DNA of 64,000 bases from Felis catus (lineage: Eukaryota). The notes below the pieces were generated by a model. That model made no database searches, was not told the origin of the DNA, and saw only the letters and a list, made by a program, of their open reading frames with translations. This document shows, one piece after another, positions 10,153-23,675 of this stretch. A program made the translations under genes and the position numbers. The stretch is from assembly GCF_018350175.1 (NCBI RefSeq), contig NC_058368.1:210430001-210494000 (forward strand), given 5' to 3'. Each line of letters begins with the position of its first letter. Position 1 is the stretch's first letter.

Positions 10153-13100
10153 GTAATTTCTTTTATTCTCTGATTGAAAGACTTACCATTTATAAAGTGA
10201 TGCAAATAAATGGTTGGATGCATAGGTACTTAGAGTAAGTTTAAGAGAAAAGGATGGGTGGATGGATGGGTGGATGGATGGGGAGATCAATGATGGGGGG
10301 TAGGGATCGATGGAATAGATGAGTTTTTCACTTCCAATTATTTGGTTTGTGTAGTGTGCCTTTTCCACTGAAATCATGAATGTATTTCTATATAGTCAGG
10401 GGGATTATTCCTTCTGGATCTTCCTGGCAGCCCTTCACCTACAATGTTTTTGTGTATACTCTCCACAACACAGAAGGCAGGATAAACAACATAATTTCTG
10501 ATTGTTGGTAGGCATATCAAAGCCACCATTTTATACTTACTTTTCCTCTCATCATGTAAACTCAAGAATGGAAACATGCTGATGAGCATTGATTTTTTCC
10601 TTCTTTGAGCCATTGTCTTTTAACTCATTTAAAAGCCCAAATGCCTTGATGATACACATTGTGACATTAGCCTGAAAGTTTTCATCATTATCTGGGATGT
10701 ATAGAAAGTTCTTTACCTTTGACAGAAGAGGGGAAAGACACATATTCATGCCTTCCTTGGTGAATTATAGTGGCCTAACTCCACCTGTCCCTGTTTCCTT
10801 AAAAATTTTATTCAGTCATCAAGGTGGTCCTAAAATCTGGCTTTTGCCATAAAGCCTTTCTGCTTACCTAAACTAGAAGACCAAATTCTTCATCCAGAAG
10901 AGATGTGTTCTAAAAAACTCTCTTAAAGCATTGTATATATCATTTTGTGTTGTTATTCATGATTTTTTTTATTATGTCTTGTCTCTTCTTCCCCACTTCA
11001 TTTCTTTGAAGACATGTTGCACCCACTTATTAAATAGGGTGCAGCATGCTGAGCACAGTACCTTCCTGTATTTTAATAGATTAACTTAATTTCAAATATG
11101 ACGAATGCTGTTCTTTTGAGGAATTTGTAGTTCATTTCTTGAATTTATCCACACTATGTAGCAGTCATTTATTATGTAAAATCATTTAAAAATATAATAG
11201 AGAATAATTTCAGTTAATCATCTATTGTCACTTGAAGTTTACAGTGCATGTGGACAACTGCATATTACTAATGAGGTTTCACCTGTGAGGTTTCAGTGGG
11301 CTGACATGGTGTAGTATTAAGTTCTTTCACTACTCCAAGAAATATGAAATGGAAAGGGTAATAATAAGCTTGTTTGTTTTAACTTGTTTATGTCATAGGC
11401 TGGAAAAATATAAATCTCATGTTCAGTTTAGAATTGGGATTCTAATATTACCATCACAAAGTTCCTTGTGTGAGCAATCTCTCAAATGCAGACTCTACAA
11501 AATTTAAAGAACAAAAAAGGGCTATATTATCAACATAAATGGACTCTGCTACCAAGTTACTTCCACAGTTAGGCTGGGAAACAAGACAGTCACTCATGAA
11601 CTGTCAGTATACAGATGAAAGTTAAAGAGAGCATCACAGAATGTGTCAAGTAGACATGGAACTGTGATGTCTGCTACAGTCAGAGATTGCTGCCAAATTG
11701 GAAGGATCTTGAATTGATGTGGAGGTGATTGGCTAGAGAAAGTAGAGGGAAAAAAGTGAGAACATTTTAGGAAGCAGAAACACATGGAGCAGAGTGACCA
11801 GAGCAGATTATTCATTGGACACCGGTAAAATAGATGGGCTGCTGCCAGGTATGGTCTTACTTACCTGGGATATTTTCTGTGAGCTAAAGGTTATCCTAAG
11901 TGTTGTGAAATTAACTCTTCAGTGAATATTTGTCTTTTTTTTTTTTTTTTTAACAGGGAAGCATTTGGCACCGTTGTAAAGTTCATGGAACAATTGGGGA
12001 TTCAATGCAGTGATTTGCTAAGGAGAAGTGATATCATGGATTCTTTAAAAAATGAGAACTTTGACCTGGTATTTGTTGAAGCATTTGACTTCTGTTATTT
12101 CCTGGTTGCTGAGAAGCTTGGGAAGCCATTTGTGTCAATTCTTCCCTCCCCATTTGGCAGTGTGGACCTTGGGCTACCAAACCCGGTGTCTTATGTTCCG
12201 GTGTTCCGTTCCTTGCTAACTGACCGCATGGACTTCTGGGGCAGAGTGACGAATTTTCTAATGTTCTTGGATTTCTTCTTAAGGCAATGGCGAATCCTTT
12301 CTACATTTGACAACACCATCAAGGAACATTTCCCGGAAGGCTCTAGACCAGTTTTGTCTCATCTTCTAAAGAAAGCAGAGCTATGGTTTGTTAACTCTGA
12401 CTTTGCCCTTGAATTTGCTAGGCCCCTGCTTCCCAACACTGTGTATGTTGGAGGCTTAATGGCCAGACCTGTTAAACCAGTACCACAAGTAAGTGAAACC
12501 TCAGCACTCCATCGGGACTTCATGCAAAGCTCTTCAGTAAACATAGAGTTGGTGGCTCCTTTGCCAGTGGGATCTGGGACTGAAGTAGGATGGGACAAGC
12601 AAAACACCTAGAATACACCCGTTTACTTTTATTTTTACTTTTTTTTTTTTACATACTTACTGTTATGTCTCTAGTCTATTTTATTGTATTCTATTCTATT
12701 TTAAATTTTATTTTATATTGGTAAAAACACTTAATACGAGAGCTACCCTCTTATCAAATTTTTGAGAATACATTATGAATTATTAAGTGTAGGTACCGTG
12801 TGCCTCAGATTTGCAGACCTTATTGATCTTATGTAACATTATAACTCTTCCTCCATTGAATAGGAACTATCTGTTCTACTTTTCCTCCAACCCTTGAAAA
12901 CCAATTTCCACTTTTTATTCTATAAATTTGACTATTGTAGATGCTTCCTATAAGTGAAATCTTACAATATATGCTTTTCTGTGCCTGGCTTATGTCACTT
13001 AGCATAATGGCCTCAAGGTACGTTCATGTTTTCATATATTGCAAAATTTCATTCTTTTTTTTTTAATTTTAATTTTATATACTTATTTGAGAGAGAGGGC

Positions 13101-16100
13101 ATGAGCCCTTTCACTATGTTGATGGTGTCCTTTGATACACGAAGTTTTTCTATTGGTGCAATCCAATGCTGTTATTTTTTATTTTGTTGCCTGTGCTGTT
13201 GGTGTCTTTTATGAGAAATCACTACCCAATACAATTACAATTATATGAAGATTTCTCTCTCTATTTTCTTTTAAGAGTCGTATGTGTATAGCTCAGATTT
13301 TTAGGCCTGTCATCCATTTTAAGTTGATTTACCATATGGTATAATGTAATGGTTGACTTTCAGTTTTTTGCATGTGGATATCCAGTTTTCTAATATCACT
13401 TGCTGAATAGACTGTCTTTTACCTAATGAATGGTCTAGGACCTTTGTCAAAAGTTATTTGACCAAATATACCTGGGGTATTTCTGGACTTTCTATTTTAT
13501 CTTATTGATCTACATATCTATCTTTTTTGTCATACTACACTATTTTGATTACTGTAGCTTCGTAGTAGCTCTGGTATCAGGGAATGTGGGACCTCCAACC
13601 CTGTTCTTTTTTCCACATTGTTTTGGGTACTCATTGTTTTTGAAATTCCACATCAGCTTATGATAGGTTACTATTTCTGCCAGAAGCAAATGTTGTTCAC
13701 TATTGATAGAGATGCATGGTACCTGTGGATCACCTTGGGAAGTACTGGCATCTTTAAAGTATTAAGTCTTCTAATCCGTGAAACCTGAATTTTGTTTCCA
13801 CTTATTTGTGTCTTCTTAATTTCCTTCAGCAGTGTCTTATAGTTTTCAACATAGTTCAATATAGTTACCTCCTTGGTTAAGTTTATTCCTAACTATTTTT
13901 TTATTCTTTGGATTGTATTGTGAATGAAATTGTTTTTCCAATCTCCTTCCTGAAATGGTCATTATTAATGTAATGCAATGGATATTCTGAGCTGATTTTA
14001 TTTCTTGCTACTTTCCTAAATTTCTATATTGGTCATGACACATTTTTTTGTGTGTGAGAGGAAACTTAGGATTGTCTGCATATTATATCTTGTTATGTGC
14101 CATTATTTCTTCGTGCAATCTTTCTATTCTTTCCTCTCTCATTCTCTTGAGAACTCCATAATGCATATATTAATCTACACAAAGGGGTCCTGTGAGTCCC
14201 TCACACTGTGTTCATTTTTTTGCCCTTTCTACTTTTTTCTCTTTAGACTTGACACTTTAGATGTCCTGTCTTCAAGTGTACTAAGTCTTTCTTCTGTCTA
14301 TTTTGGTCTGCATTGAACTACCCTAGTGAATTTTTCAATTCAGTGATTGTATTTTTTGTTTTGATTTTTTTTGCTTTTTCTGAAAAATAATTTCTGTCTC
14401 TTGTTGCTATTATTCTCTATTTGTTCATATATTGTCTTCCTGATTTCCTTTAGACCTTTATCCACTTTTTTTGGCTCTTTGTGCATATTTAGTCAATTTA
14501 AAAGTCTTTGTTTAGTAAACCCAATGTCTGTTTCTTCAAAGAGGGTTCCTGGAGATTTATTTCATTCCTTTAAATGACACATTTTGGCTTTTAGTCTCTC
14601 TCTTTTTGTAATATGTTTTGTGATCTTTTGTAGAAAGTTGTGGGCATTTGTAAAACCAGTCACCTCTAGTTGTGTTTGCAGGCTGCCATGGAACACCTTC
14701 ACTAGTTAGTGGGGAATGTTTAATACTTTGGATAAGCCAGGGCAGACAACTTAAAGTCTCCTTAGGTATTTTCTGAGCATTTTTCCTGTCTGGACCTTTG
14801 TGTATGCATTCATTCATCTGATTCTTCCTGTATACTTGGCCAATTTTAATGTCTTAAGTTCCCAAAGAGTCTTACCCAGATTCTTCTCAGGGACATAGGT
14901 GTTTTGTTTGTCTTGCCCCAAGATTCTAAATTCTGCAGTATCCCTGCAGATTTTACATGGCATTGTGCCCTCTATTGCCTTGCAAGACTCCCACCAACCT
15001 GATATCTGAGCTATATTGCCATTTCCCGTCAGAGCTCTGAGCCTGGTGAGATCTTAACTTGTCAGCTGGGAGCCTACAGAGTGGCTACAATGTTGCAAAT
15101 TATTTCATTTCTTCTCCTCTTACAGAAGGCAGGGCTACCACTGCTGCCTCTGGACCATGGCATGCCACTTCAGGAAGAGTGTGGGTCCAGAAGAGTAAAA
15201 TTGCCATGGAAATTCTCACCATTCTGAGTGTGTGTGTTTTTTTCTTCCTGAGTGGGCATCTGTTTGGTTTCTGTATATCACTGGCTATTTTCCCAAGTCG
15301 TATAAAATTATCTGAGTGAGTCTTTAGCCTTTTTTATCCTTCTGTTTTTTCTGTGGGGAGCTGGGAGTACTCAGCTTCTTGTTATGACGTTGTACTCTGC
15401 CTTTGCCCATTTTAAATTATAGATTTACACTGATCTTGTAAATGTCAAATGACAACAAAGCTGGTTTTTACTGGTCCTTTGGGATGATAGTTTTTATAGT
15501 GTTGTGCTGGATGGAGTTAAGAAGGGCCAGAATGGTACAATGAGGTAAGCTGGAGACAGTCAACAAACGCACAGGAAGGAAGAAACAAATGTTTTGAAGA
15601 GTTGACAAAAGATATGAAACTAATATTTAGGGTATTTATTAAGTCAGAAACTTCTTTTTAAAAAATTTTTTAATGTTTATTTTTGAGAGACAGAGAGAGA
15701 CAGAACATGAGTAGGGGAGGAGCAGAGAGAGATGGAGACACAGAATCAGAAGCAGACTCCAGACTATGAGCTATCAGCACAGAGCCCAATGCGGGGCTCA
15801 AACCCACAAACCATGAGAAAATGACAAGCCAAAGTTGGGTACCCAATCAACTGAGCCACCTGGGCGCCCCAAGACCATGAACTTCTTTAAGAATCATCCA
15901 AGGTGGCTATGTGCTAATTAAAATCAGACAAAATAGACCAATGTCAAACCTTTTACAGGATATAAAAGGTATTTTATAACTTGCCTAATGTAATAAAATC
16001 AATCAGCATAATGCAACACATTAATAGAATGAAGAGAATTTAAAAAAAAGCTCATCATTTCAAGAGATGCAGAAAAAATATTTGACAAAACTAATGTCCT

Positions 16101-18666
16101 TTCATGATAACAACAGTCACAAAGCTAGGAGTAAAGAGGTATTTTTTGAACATGATAAAGAGTATTTATGGAACACTGACAACTTTAACATCATACTCTA
16201 TGGGATAGACTGAAATCCCGCTGCCTCAGATCGGTAGTCTAAGATGCCCGCTTACATCACCGCTATTCAAATATACCCTACACAAAGCAAGTAGGCAAGA
16301 AAAAGAAATAAAAGGCGTCCGAATTGGAATGGACAATGTAGAAGTGGTTTGATATTCATATGACATAATCTTGTATATAGAAAATCCCAGTGAATTCATA
16401 CAACTTGTGTTTTCATACACTGGCTATGAACAATCTGAAAATGAAACCAAGCAAATTATTCTATTTACAACAACACCTAATTAAACTGAGGAGGGGAGAG
16501 ACACATACAGTGGACACTACAAATTTGCTGAAAGAAATTAAGGAAGACCTAAATAAATGGAAAGACATCTCAAGACCATGAATTGTGATACTTAATGTTG
16601 TTAAGAGAGCAATACTACTCAAAGTGATCTACAAGTTTTACCTAAGCCTTATCAACACTTGAGTGGCTTTATTATTACTTTTTTTTCTTTTTTGCAGAAA
16701 TGGAAAAGCCAGTCTTCATCTCACATTGAAATGTAATGGAATGCAAGTAGCCAAATCAACATGAAAAGAACAGTGTTCAATGACACACATCTGTGACCAA
16801 TTCGTTTGTGACAAGGGCGCCAAGAGCAATCAATGGAGAGAACAGTCTCTTCAGCAAATGGTGCTGAAACCACTGGATATTCATTCCCATGAAAGAGAAT
16901 ATATTCCAAGCCTTCCTCACACCATACACGAAAATCAACTCAAAATGGATCAATGGCCTAAAGAAAGAGCTAAAAGCCAAAAAGTTCTTAGAAGAAAAGA
17001 AAGGGCTAAAATGCATGGACTTGGACTTGGCAATGAATTTGTAGATGTGACATTGAAAGAATGAATAACAAAAGAAAAAATAGATAAATTTGACTTCATC
17101 AGAATTAAAATCTTCCAGAGAAGCTTCTCCCGAAGCTTTTAATTAAAGGGGACATTTTATAGAAAATGAAAGGACAACCTCTCAGGTACCAGGCAAGTAT
17201 GTACTCTCTTGCTGCTTTTCATCCTCATCTTGGAGGTCCTAAGAAAGTAGTAGGAGAAAGAAAAATGAATAACAATCATGTAGATTAGGCATGAAGAGTT
17301 AAAACTGTTCTTTCTCACAGATGACATGATGGTCTATTTAAAAAATCTGAAAGGTCAAGAAAAATATTTCTGGAACTAGCAAGCAAGTAAAGTAACATCA
17401 AAGCATACAAGTTTAATATAAAAAATCCATCTTTTTCTTGTATATCAGCAATGAACAGGAGGATGTGAAATTAAAACCATTCTACTATTTATATTTCACC
17501 ACTAAATATGAAATCTTGGGAATAAGTACTAACAAAACATGTACAAGATTTATATGGAGAAAACTACAAAATGCTGATGGAAGAAATCAAAGAGCTAAAT
17601 AAATGGAGAGATACTCCATATTTATGGGTAGGAAGACTCACTATTGCTAGGTGTTAGTTATCTCCAATTGGATCTATAGATTCCGTGCAATCCTACTGAA
17701 AATCACAGCAAATTATCAATTGTCGATATTGATAAGCTGATGCTCAGATTTGCATGGAGAGGCAAAAACCCTGAAGGGCCAACACAATGTTGAAGATGAA
17801 GAACTAAGTTGGAAAACTGACATTAGTCATCTCCATGACTTATGAAATGGCTAAAGTAATCAAGAAAGTGTGCTATAAGCAAAAAAACAGACAAATAGGT
17901 CAATGTAATAGAAGAGAGTACACATAGACCCACACAAATGTAGTCAAATGATCTTTGACAAAGCTTTAAGAAATACCACGAAAAGAAGATAGTCTTTCCA
18001 ATGAATGGACACAGATCCTATGTCTTCAAAAAAATTAACACAAAGTGGGTCACAGAATTGAACATAAAATGCAAAAGTATGAAATTCATATGAGGTGACA
18101 TAGGAAAAAACAGATGACCTTGTGGTTGCTGATTACTTTTTACATATAAAACCCAAGTCATGTTCTATGATAGAGTTGAGAAGTGGGCCAAATTGATTTT
18201 AAAAATTTCTGTTCTGCAGCATACCAGTTGTGGAATAAAAGGAAGAGACTCAGACCAAGAGTAAATATTTGCATAGGTATACCTGATAAAGACTATTATT
18301 CAAAATGTAATACACACAAATATACAACCATATATACAAATATACAAAGAACTCTTAAAACTCATAATAACAGTAAAAAAAATCAATTAAAATTTTTTTA
18401 AATGGGCCAAACACCTTACCAGAACTCTCAACAATGACGACAACAGATGGCTCATAAGCATATGAAGGAGACAAATGACAGATATTTCCCCAGCATCTAC
18501 TTCAGCCTCCAGAATGCCTACTGCCCCCTACTTGTCCAGGACAGCAACTGGCACTCACCTAGGCAATAGCACCTCTGGTCTGTCATTGGAACACTCCTAA
18601 ACGCCGTATCTGCACAGACAAGGATGAGGGATGAGGATGACCCTGCTTCTGGGGCCATGTTCTTAA

Positions 18667-18707
<41 letters not shown>

Positions 18708-21700
18708 AGTTTCAACGACCTCTGCCTTCCTCTTCTTAAAACATTGTAATATGGATATTCTGAATCTAGATATTGGTGCTGAAGTATGTGTTAAGTGTCC
18801 TACGTGCAATGTGGACTATTGTGATACTGGCTGGACTCCTAAGACTCTCTTCATATCCATTTGTGATTATTGAAAGTATTTGTATGGTATGGAGTGTCCT
18901 GAGGTCTCAGAAAAATGACCTCAAGGCCACTGGACACAATGGATATAAGCACACTGTAGAGTACACTGAGCTGTTCTCAGGCCTATGAGTACAGTTTCAA
19001 GACAGTGACCTTTAGGTACTGACAGGATGGTGCATTCTGTTAATAGTTGACTTTCATTTTATGAAATGATTTTATAAACATTTTACATCTAGGTTTTCAT
19101 GAACAACTTTGTTCACATCCTTTCCTTTCTTACCTCTCTCCAGGAATTTGAGAATTTCATCAGCAAGTTTGGAGACTCTGGTTTTGTCCTTGTGGCCATG
19201 GGCTCCATGGTGGGCACCTATCAGTCCGAGGAGGTTCTCATGGAGATGAACAGTGCCTTTGCTCGTCTCTCCCAAGGGGTGATATGGAAGTGTAAGCCTT
19301 CTAAGTGGCCCAAAGACGTCAAATTGGCAGCAAATGTGAAAATCGTGGACTGGCTTCCTCAGAATGACCTCTTGGGTAAGGACTGACCAGATCGATTTCT
19401 CTTTTTCTATTTATGTCTCTTTAGGGCTCCACGGGGCTACTTCATCACCATGAGAAGGGACGGTTGGTTGCTAAAGTAATGTTTAGAGGACAGGAATGGA
19501 GCAGTCAACTGGAGTCCCTGGGAAATCAGGATATACATCCAAAATGGTTTAAAGTGCCATGTTTGCTTCCTCCTTTCTATTCTAGTCCTGCTATTTTCAG
19601 TCAGAAGTGATATTTTTGTCAGGTTGTTTTAAGCCTAACATATTTGCACTGAAGAAAGTTGTCCAAGTCCAACCAGAGACAGTTTGTGGACTTTGAGAAC
19701 ACACATCAGGGGTCTTCTTGTCATTGCTTTTCCTGGGCCCTTGAGAACCTGTTAGGCCACGTGCCATTACAGACACCCTCCCCTTCCACACACATACATA
19801 TTAGCACATTCTCCTATGCTACAAAAGGTATAGTCATACTTTCAAAAAATTGATGTTGATGGTGTCTGAAGGGTGTGCCAAAATATCTGACTGTCAAAGT
19901 GAGTAACTTGTCAGCCAGTTATTTGGTCCATAAAATTGTCTGGTAACAGTTCCTTACACCCCAAGGTTTTCTTTGTCCTTGTGCCAGTTTTTTCAGCATC
20001 CTAGCTACCACCACAACTGAATACCTCAGAGGTTCACCCCAAGATTATTCACCCCAAGGCTCACAAACATATTGGGAACTTAAGATAGAGTGTTCTGCAT
20101 TTTTTTTTCACAAGGCATGGACTAAAAAGGATTCTGATTTCAAGGAAACACCAATCGATTCTGATGCACATCCCTATTGAGAGGCACTGTTTGAGATGAA
20201 CTCTTCATTATCAACACTTGTTTTGGTTTTCTCTAAAAAAGAGTAGAGTAGCACACGGGAACTGGAAATACTGAGATGGGTGGTCCATCAAGCCCTACTT
20301 TAGAGGATTTCTTATTAAATTGAGGAGAAAGCACATAGAGTGTATGTTTGAGGAATGCCAGGTGAGATGCGATGACAATAAAAGTATTAAGACTTCAATA
20401 AGAGGAAAATAATGGGCAGTGAAGGAGAGAGGGTGAGACGTGGAGAGTGAGAGACAGAAAAGAGACAGAAGGAGACACAAAGAGAGCAGACATAAGGAAA
20501 GCAAAGAGAGAAACAGGGTAGAGAGAAGAATGGATGGATGGATAGGTGGATGGATAGTTGGGAGGAGGAATGTGCCTTGCTTAACACTGTTCTCTGCAGC
20601 TTTCCCTTGGCTCTGAGTCTTAGATGGATTGACTTAGAGGAATCTCTGTACACAGACAAGGCCAGAATCTTCTATCTTGGAATATGCACCCTTGAGTATG
20701 TTCAAAGCTGGATCAGTAAATCCATTTTCTCCACCATACCTTGAAATCCTTTAGTATTTTCCTCTGCCCTGATGCTTTCCCTGGTGTTCTGAGAGTTTTC
20801 ATGCTGAAATATTCTGCTCTGTTTCTGATTTACAATAGCTCACCCACGCATCCGTCTTTTTGTCACCCATGGTGGGTTGAATAGTATAATGGAGGCCATC
20901 CAACATGGTGTGCCCATCGTGGGGATTCCAGTCCTTGGAGACCAGCCTGAAAACATGGTCCGAGTAGAAGCCAAGAAGTTTGGTGTCTCTATCCAGTTAA
21001 AGCAGATCAAGGCAGAGACATTGGCTCTGAAGATGAAGGAAGTCATAGAAGACAAGAGGTATGCAGCTCTCTGAACTTGTCATTGAGACTAAAAGAAGAT
21101 ATGAAATACGATGGGTACTGTGTGGCACTGTTTTGCAAAAAGGCAAAACTTTAGGGACAGACAATGATATGCATATGATACTAATACCTGTTCTGTTTCC
21201 TCTGAGAGTAAGACTATGTATTTAGGTTAGATGCTGCGAACAATTTTCTACCATAAGTATTGCAAAGACTCTGACCTATTTACACTGGGTCTCAGAGAGG
21301 TATTTTGATGCTGCTTATAGTAGAATTTCACTGAGGCAGGAGGTCTTCTTTTTGTCCCCCAATAAGCCACACTGTTTCTCCAGCCTCAGGCCCTTTGTCA
21401 GTGCTGCTCCCTAGAACATCCTTCCTTCTCCTCTCAGGACTGGTTCCTTCATGACCATTGGGCTCATCTTCAATGTCCTCTCCTCAGAGAGGTGGTCTTT
21501 GATAGTCCTAAATGCACTCCTTTCTCACCCACTTTAGTCATAATTTGTTTTTATTTTTAACACTTCTCAGGATAGGTAACTACCCCATTTCTTTCTGTTT
21601 TTATTTATTGTGCGTCCCTCACACTGGAAAGTAGACAGTAAGCTCCCTGGATGGCCAAGTGTGTCTCTTGTTTTCCCCTGTGTTCCCAGGGCCTAGCACA

Positions 21701-22448
21701 GGGCCTGCCACAAAGTAGGTTGAGATGAATTTCTGTTAAGTGAGTCGGTAGAAGGACCCATGATGTCTTATGTAAATTCCCATCCAACACAATCATCTGA
21801 TAATGAGGATGGGTGGAATATCTTATTAGCATCTTCAGGACATCTACCCTGAGTCAGGAGTATGTTACATCAAATATATTCATACGTGCTTTTTCCTTTA
21901 GTGTACCATAAGCCTCCTGGGAAGAGACTTTTCCTTACAGCTTAGTCACTGTTTTATAGTTTAGCACTTTGGACACTAGGCATGGATCTTTGCATGAAGG
22001 CACCAGTTTGAACTTCTCAATGTGACCCTGCTAGTGCGGCAAAACCAGGCCAACATTTTTCCTTGAAACTGAGTTTTCTGTGCATGTGGAGGAACGAGTG
22101 TGTGTGAGATTCAAGGTTTCTAAGACTTCTACAACCACTGAGGTAATGCCTACCTCTGTGTCTGCCAACAGGTACAAGTCAGCAGCAGTGGCCGCCAGCA
22201 TCATCAGGCGCTCCCACCCCCTGACCCCTGCCCAGAGGCTGGTGCGCTGGATCGACCACATCCTCCAGACAGGGGGTGCGGCCCACCTCAAGCCCCATGC
22301 CCTGCAGCAGCCGTGGCATGAGCAGTACCTGCTGGACGTCTTCTTGTTCCTGCTGGTGGTCACCTTGGGCACCCTGTGGCTCTGCGGGAAGCTGCTGGGC
22401 ATGGTGGCCAGGTGGTTGTGTGGGGCCAGGAAGCTGAAGAAGGCCTGA
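10044..22448 (+). CDS. UGT3A: UDP-glycosyltransferase 3A family member, copy A (exons 3-7 in window; 5' partial)
   Basis: Exons 10044-10152, 11957-12488, 19144-19375, 20839-21058 and 22172-22448, all with AG/GT sites and compatible phases and no stops. UGT signature [24 protein letters not shown]. Assignment to 3A1 versus 3A2 cannot be made from sequence. Confidence 0.93.
11957..12488 (+). CDS. UGT3A: UGT3A copy A exon 4 (532 nt)
   Basis: aacag|G GAA GCA TTT...CCA CAA|gtaagt; [22 protein letters not shown]...[14 protein letters not shown]. Confidence 0.95.
15655..15870 (-). mobile_element. Carnivore SINE, copy-A specific
   Basis: Reverse-complement SINE ending GGGCGCCCC at 15870; absent at the homologous copy-B site ~49225. 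Confidence 0.85.
15900..18470 (+). mobile_element. Old fragmented L1 ORF2 remnants (intron 4; homologous at ~49250-52270)
   Basis: Motifs such as [26 protein letters not shown] and DKGAK; many frameshifts and deletions. Confidence 0.7.
19144..19375 (+). CDS. UGT3A: UGT3A copy A exon 5 (232 nt)
   Basis: ccag|GAA TTT GAG AAT...CTC TTG G|gtaagg; [22 protein letters not shown]...[13 protein letters not shown]. Confidence 0.95.
20839..21058 (+). CDS. UGT3A: UGT3A copy A exon 6 (220 nt)
   Basis: aatag|CT CAC CCA CGC ATC...GAC AAG AG|gtatgc; [39 protein letters not shown]. Confidence 0.95.
22172..22448 (+). CDS. UGT3A: UGT3A copy A exon 7 coding part (277 nt incl. TGA)
   Basis: aacag|G TAC AAG TCA GCA...; TM segment [19 protein letters not shown] and C-terminal KLKKA (KxKxx ER-retrieval motif). 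Confidence 0.95.
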
Positions 22449-23629
22449 TGGGGGTGCATCCTTGATGGGTATTTGAGAAGCCACTGGTTCTACAAAGTCT
22501 CCAGCCACACAGGACACCCCTACTGTTCCTCGTATTCCACCTGATGGTGGCACATAAATTGCTCTTCGCTTCTGTCTGTGTTTAAAAATTCTTGTGAAGC
22601 ATTCTTGGGATTCTTCTTTAAGTTGTAGTAAAATATATATTATATAAAATTTGACATTTTTACCATTAAGTGTACAGTCAGAGGCATTTACCATTGACAT
22701 TATCCTGCATACATCACTATAACTCATTCCAGAACTGTTTTTATCATTCCAGAATAAACTAACTCCTCGGTGATCAAACAGTGATTCCTCATATACATGC
22801 CCGCCTCCACTCAAATCTCCATCAATTCCTGTTCTACTTTCTGTATCTATGAATTTGATTCTGGCTTCTTGACTTGCCCCTCATCAATGGACTCCTCACT
22901 CAGACCCAAACTTTAGCAGGCAGCCCACATTCCTCCTTACTCCCTGTCCTTAGCACAGGGCCATGTTTACTTCATCATTGCTGTTTGGACACTTGTAGTC
23001 TCTCTGCCATTACTTAGTTTTCATTTCATGCTATGACATAACATATTGACAAGTTCTTCCGTTATGGGTCTTCCTCTTGCATCTTCTTCTCACCTCACCA
23101 CCCAGTTCAGGAAGCCTGGCCTCTCCTGCAGTGAGGCCTGGATGGCCTTTCTAGGACTCTACCTGTGGTCTCTGTCCCGAGTCCATCTTGGGAGAGCACC
23201 TACTTGGTGTCAGATCTGGAGTCTTTGGGCACATCTGATGCTGTGTGTTTCACTTCCCACAATTCTCTTCAAGTTTCCCACTCTTAAAAATGTAGTCATG
23301 GAGACCTCCAGTAGGGAATTCGGACCTCTGCAAGAGCCTCTTGGGCTTCAGGTCCTGTGAGTATAGTCGTTTCCAAGACTTTGTTGATTTAGAGAGCATC
23401 CATCTGTAACTGTTGTGGCAAGGGATGTCCCTTTATGTGTAAATCCCTTGGGAATTACATTCAGTTCATGGCAACATAAATCAGAAAAAGTGTGCTTTAA
23501 CCACCAGGGTTTTTGTTTGTTTGGTTTTTCTTTTCATTGACAAAGCCTAAAGTCAGGCAATGCAGTGTGGGTTCGGTAGATCTGTTATGTCCACAGAACT
23601 TTCTTTCTCTTTTCTCTCTCTGTGTCTGT

Positions 23630-23631
<2 letters not shown>

Positions 23632-23673
<42 letters not shown>
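23632..23673. repeat. (CA)n microsatellite
   Basis: Direct reading. Confidence 0.9.

Positions 23674-23675
<2 letters not shown>

Noticed and set aside
10044..22448. Calling copy A a pseudogene, or naming the copies UGT3A1/UGT3A2
   Set aside because: No stops, frameshifts or broken splice sites in the visible exons, and exons 1-2 are simply outside the window. Conversion and mixed similarity prevent a reliable 3A1/3A2 assignment.
22031..22814. Minus-strand ORFs of 142 and 211 aa over exon 7 (also 56657-57221)
   Set aside because: By-products of the GC-rich coding exon; lengths and starts are not conserved between the two copies.
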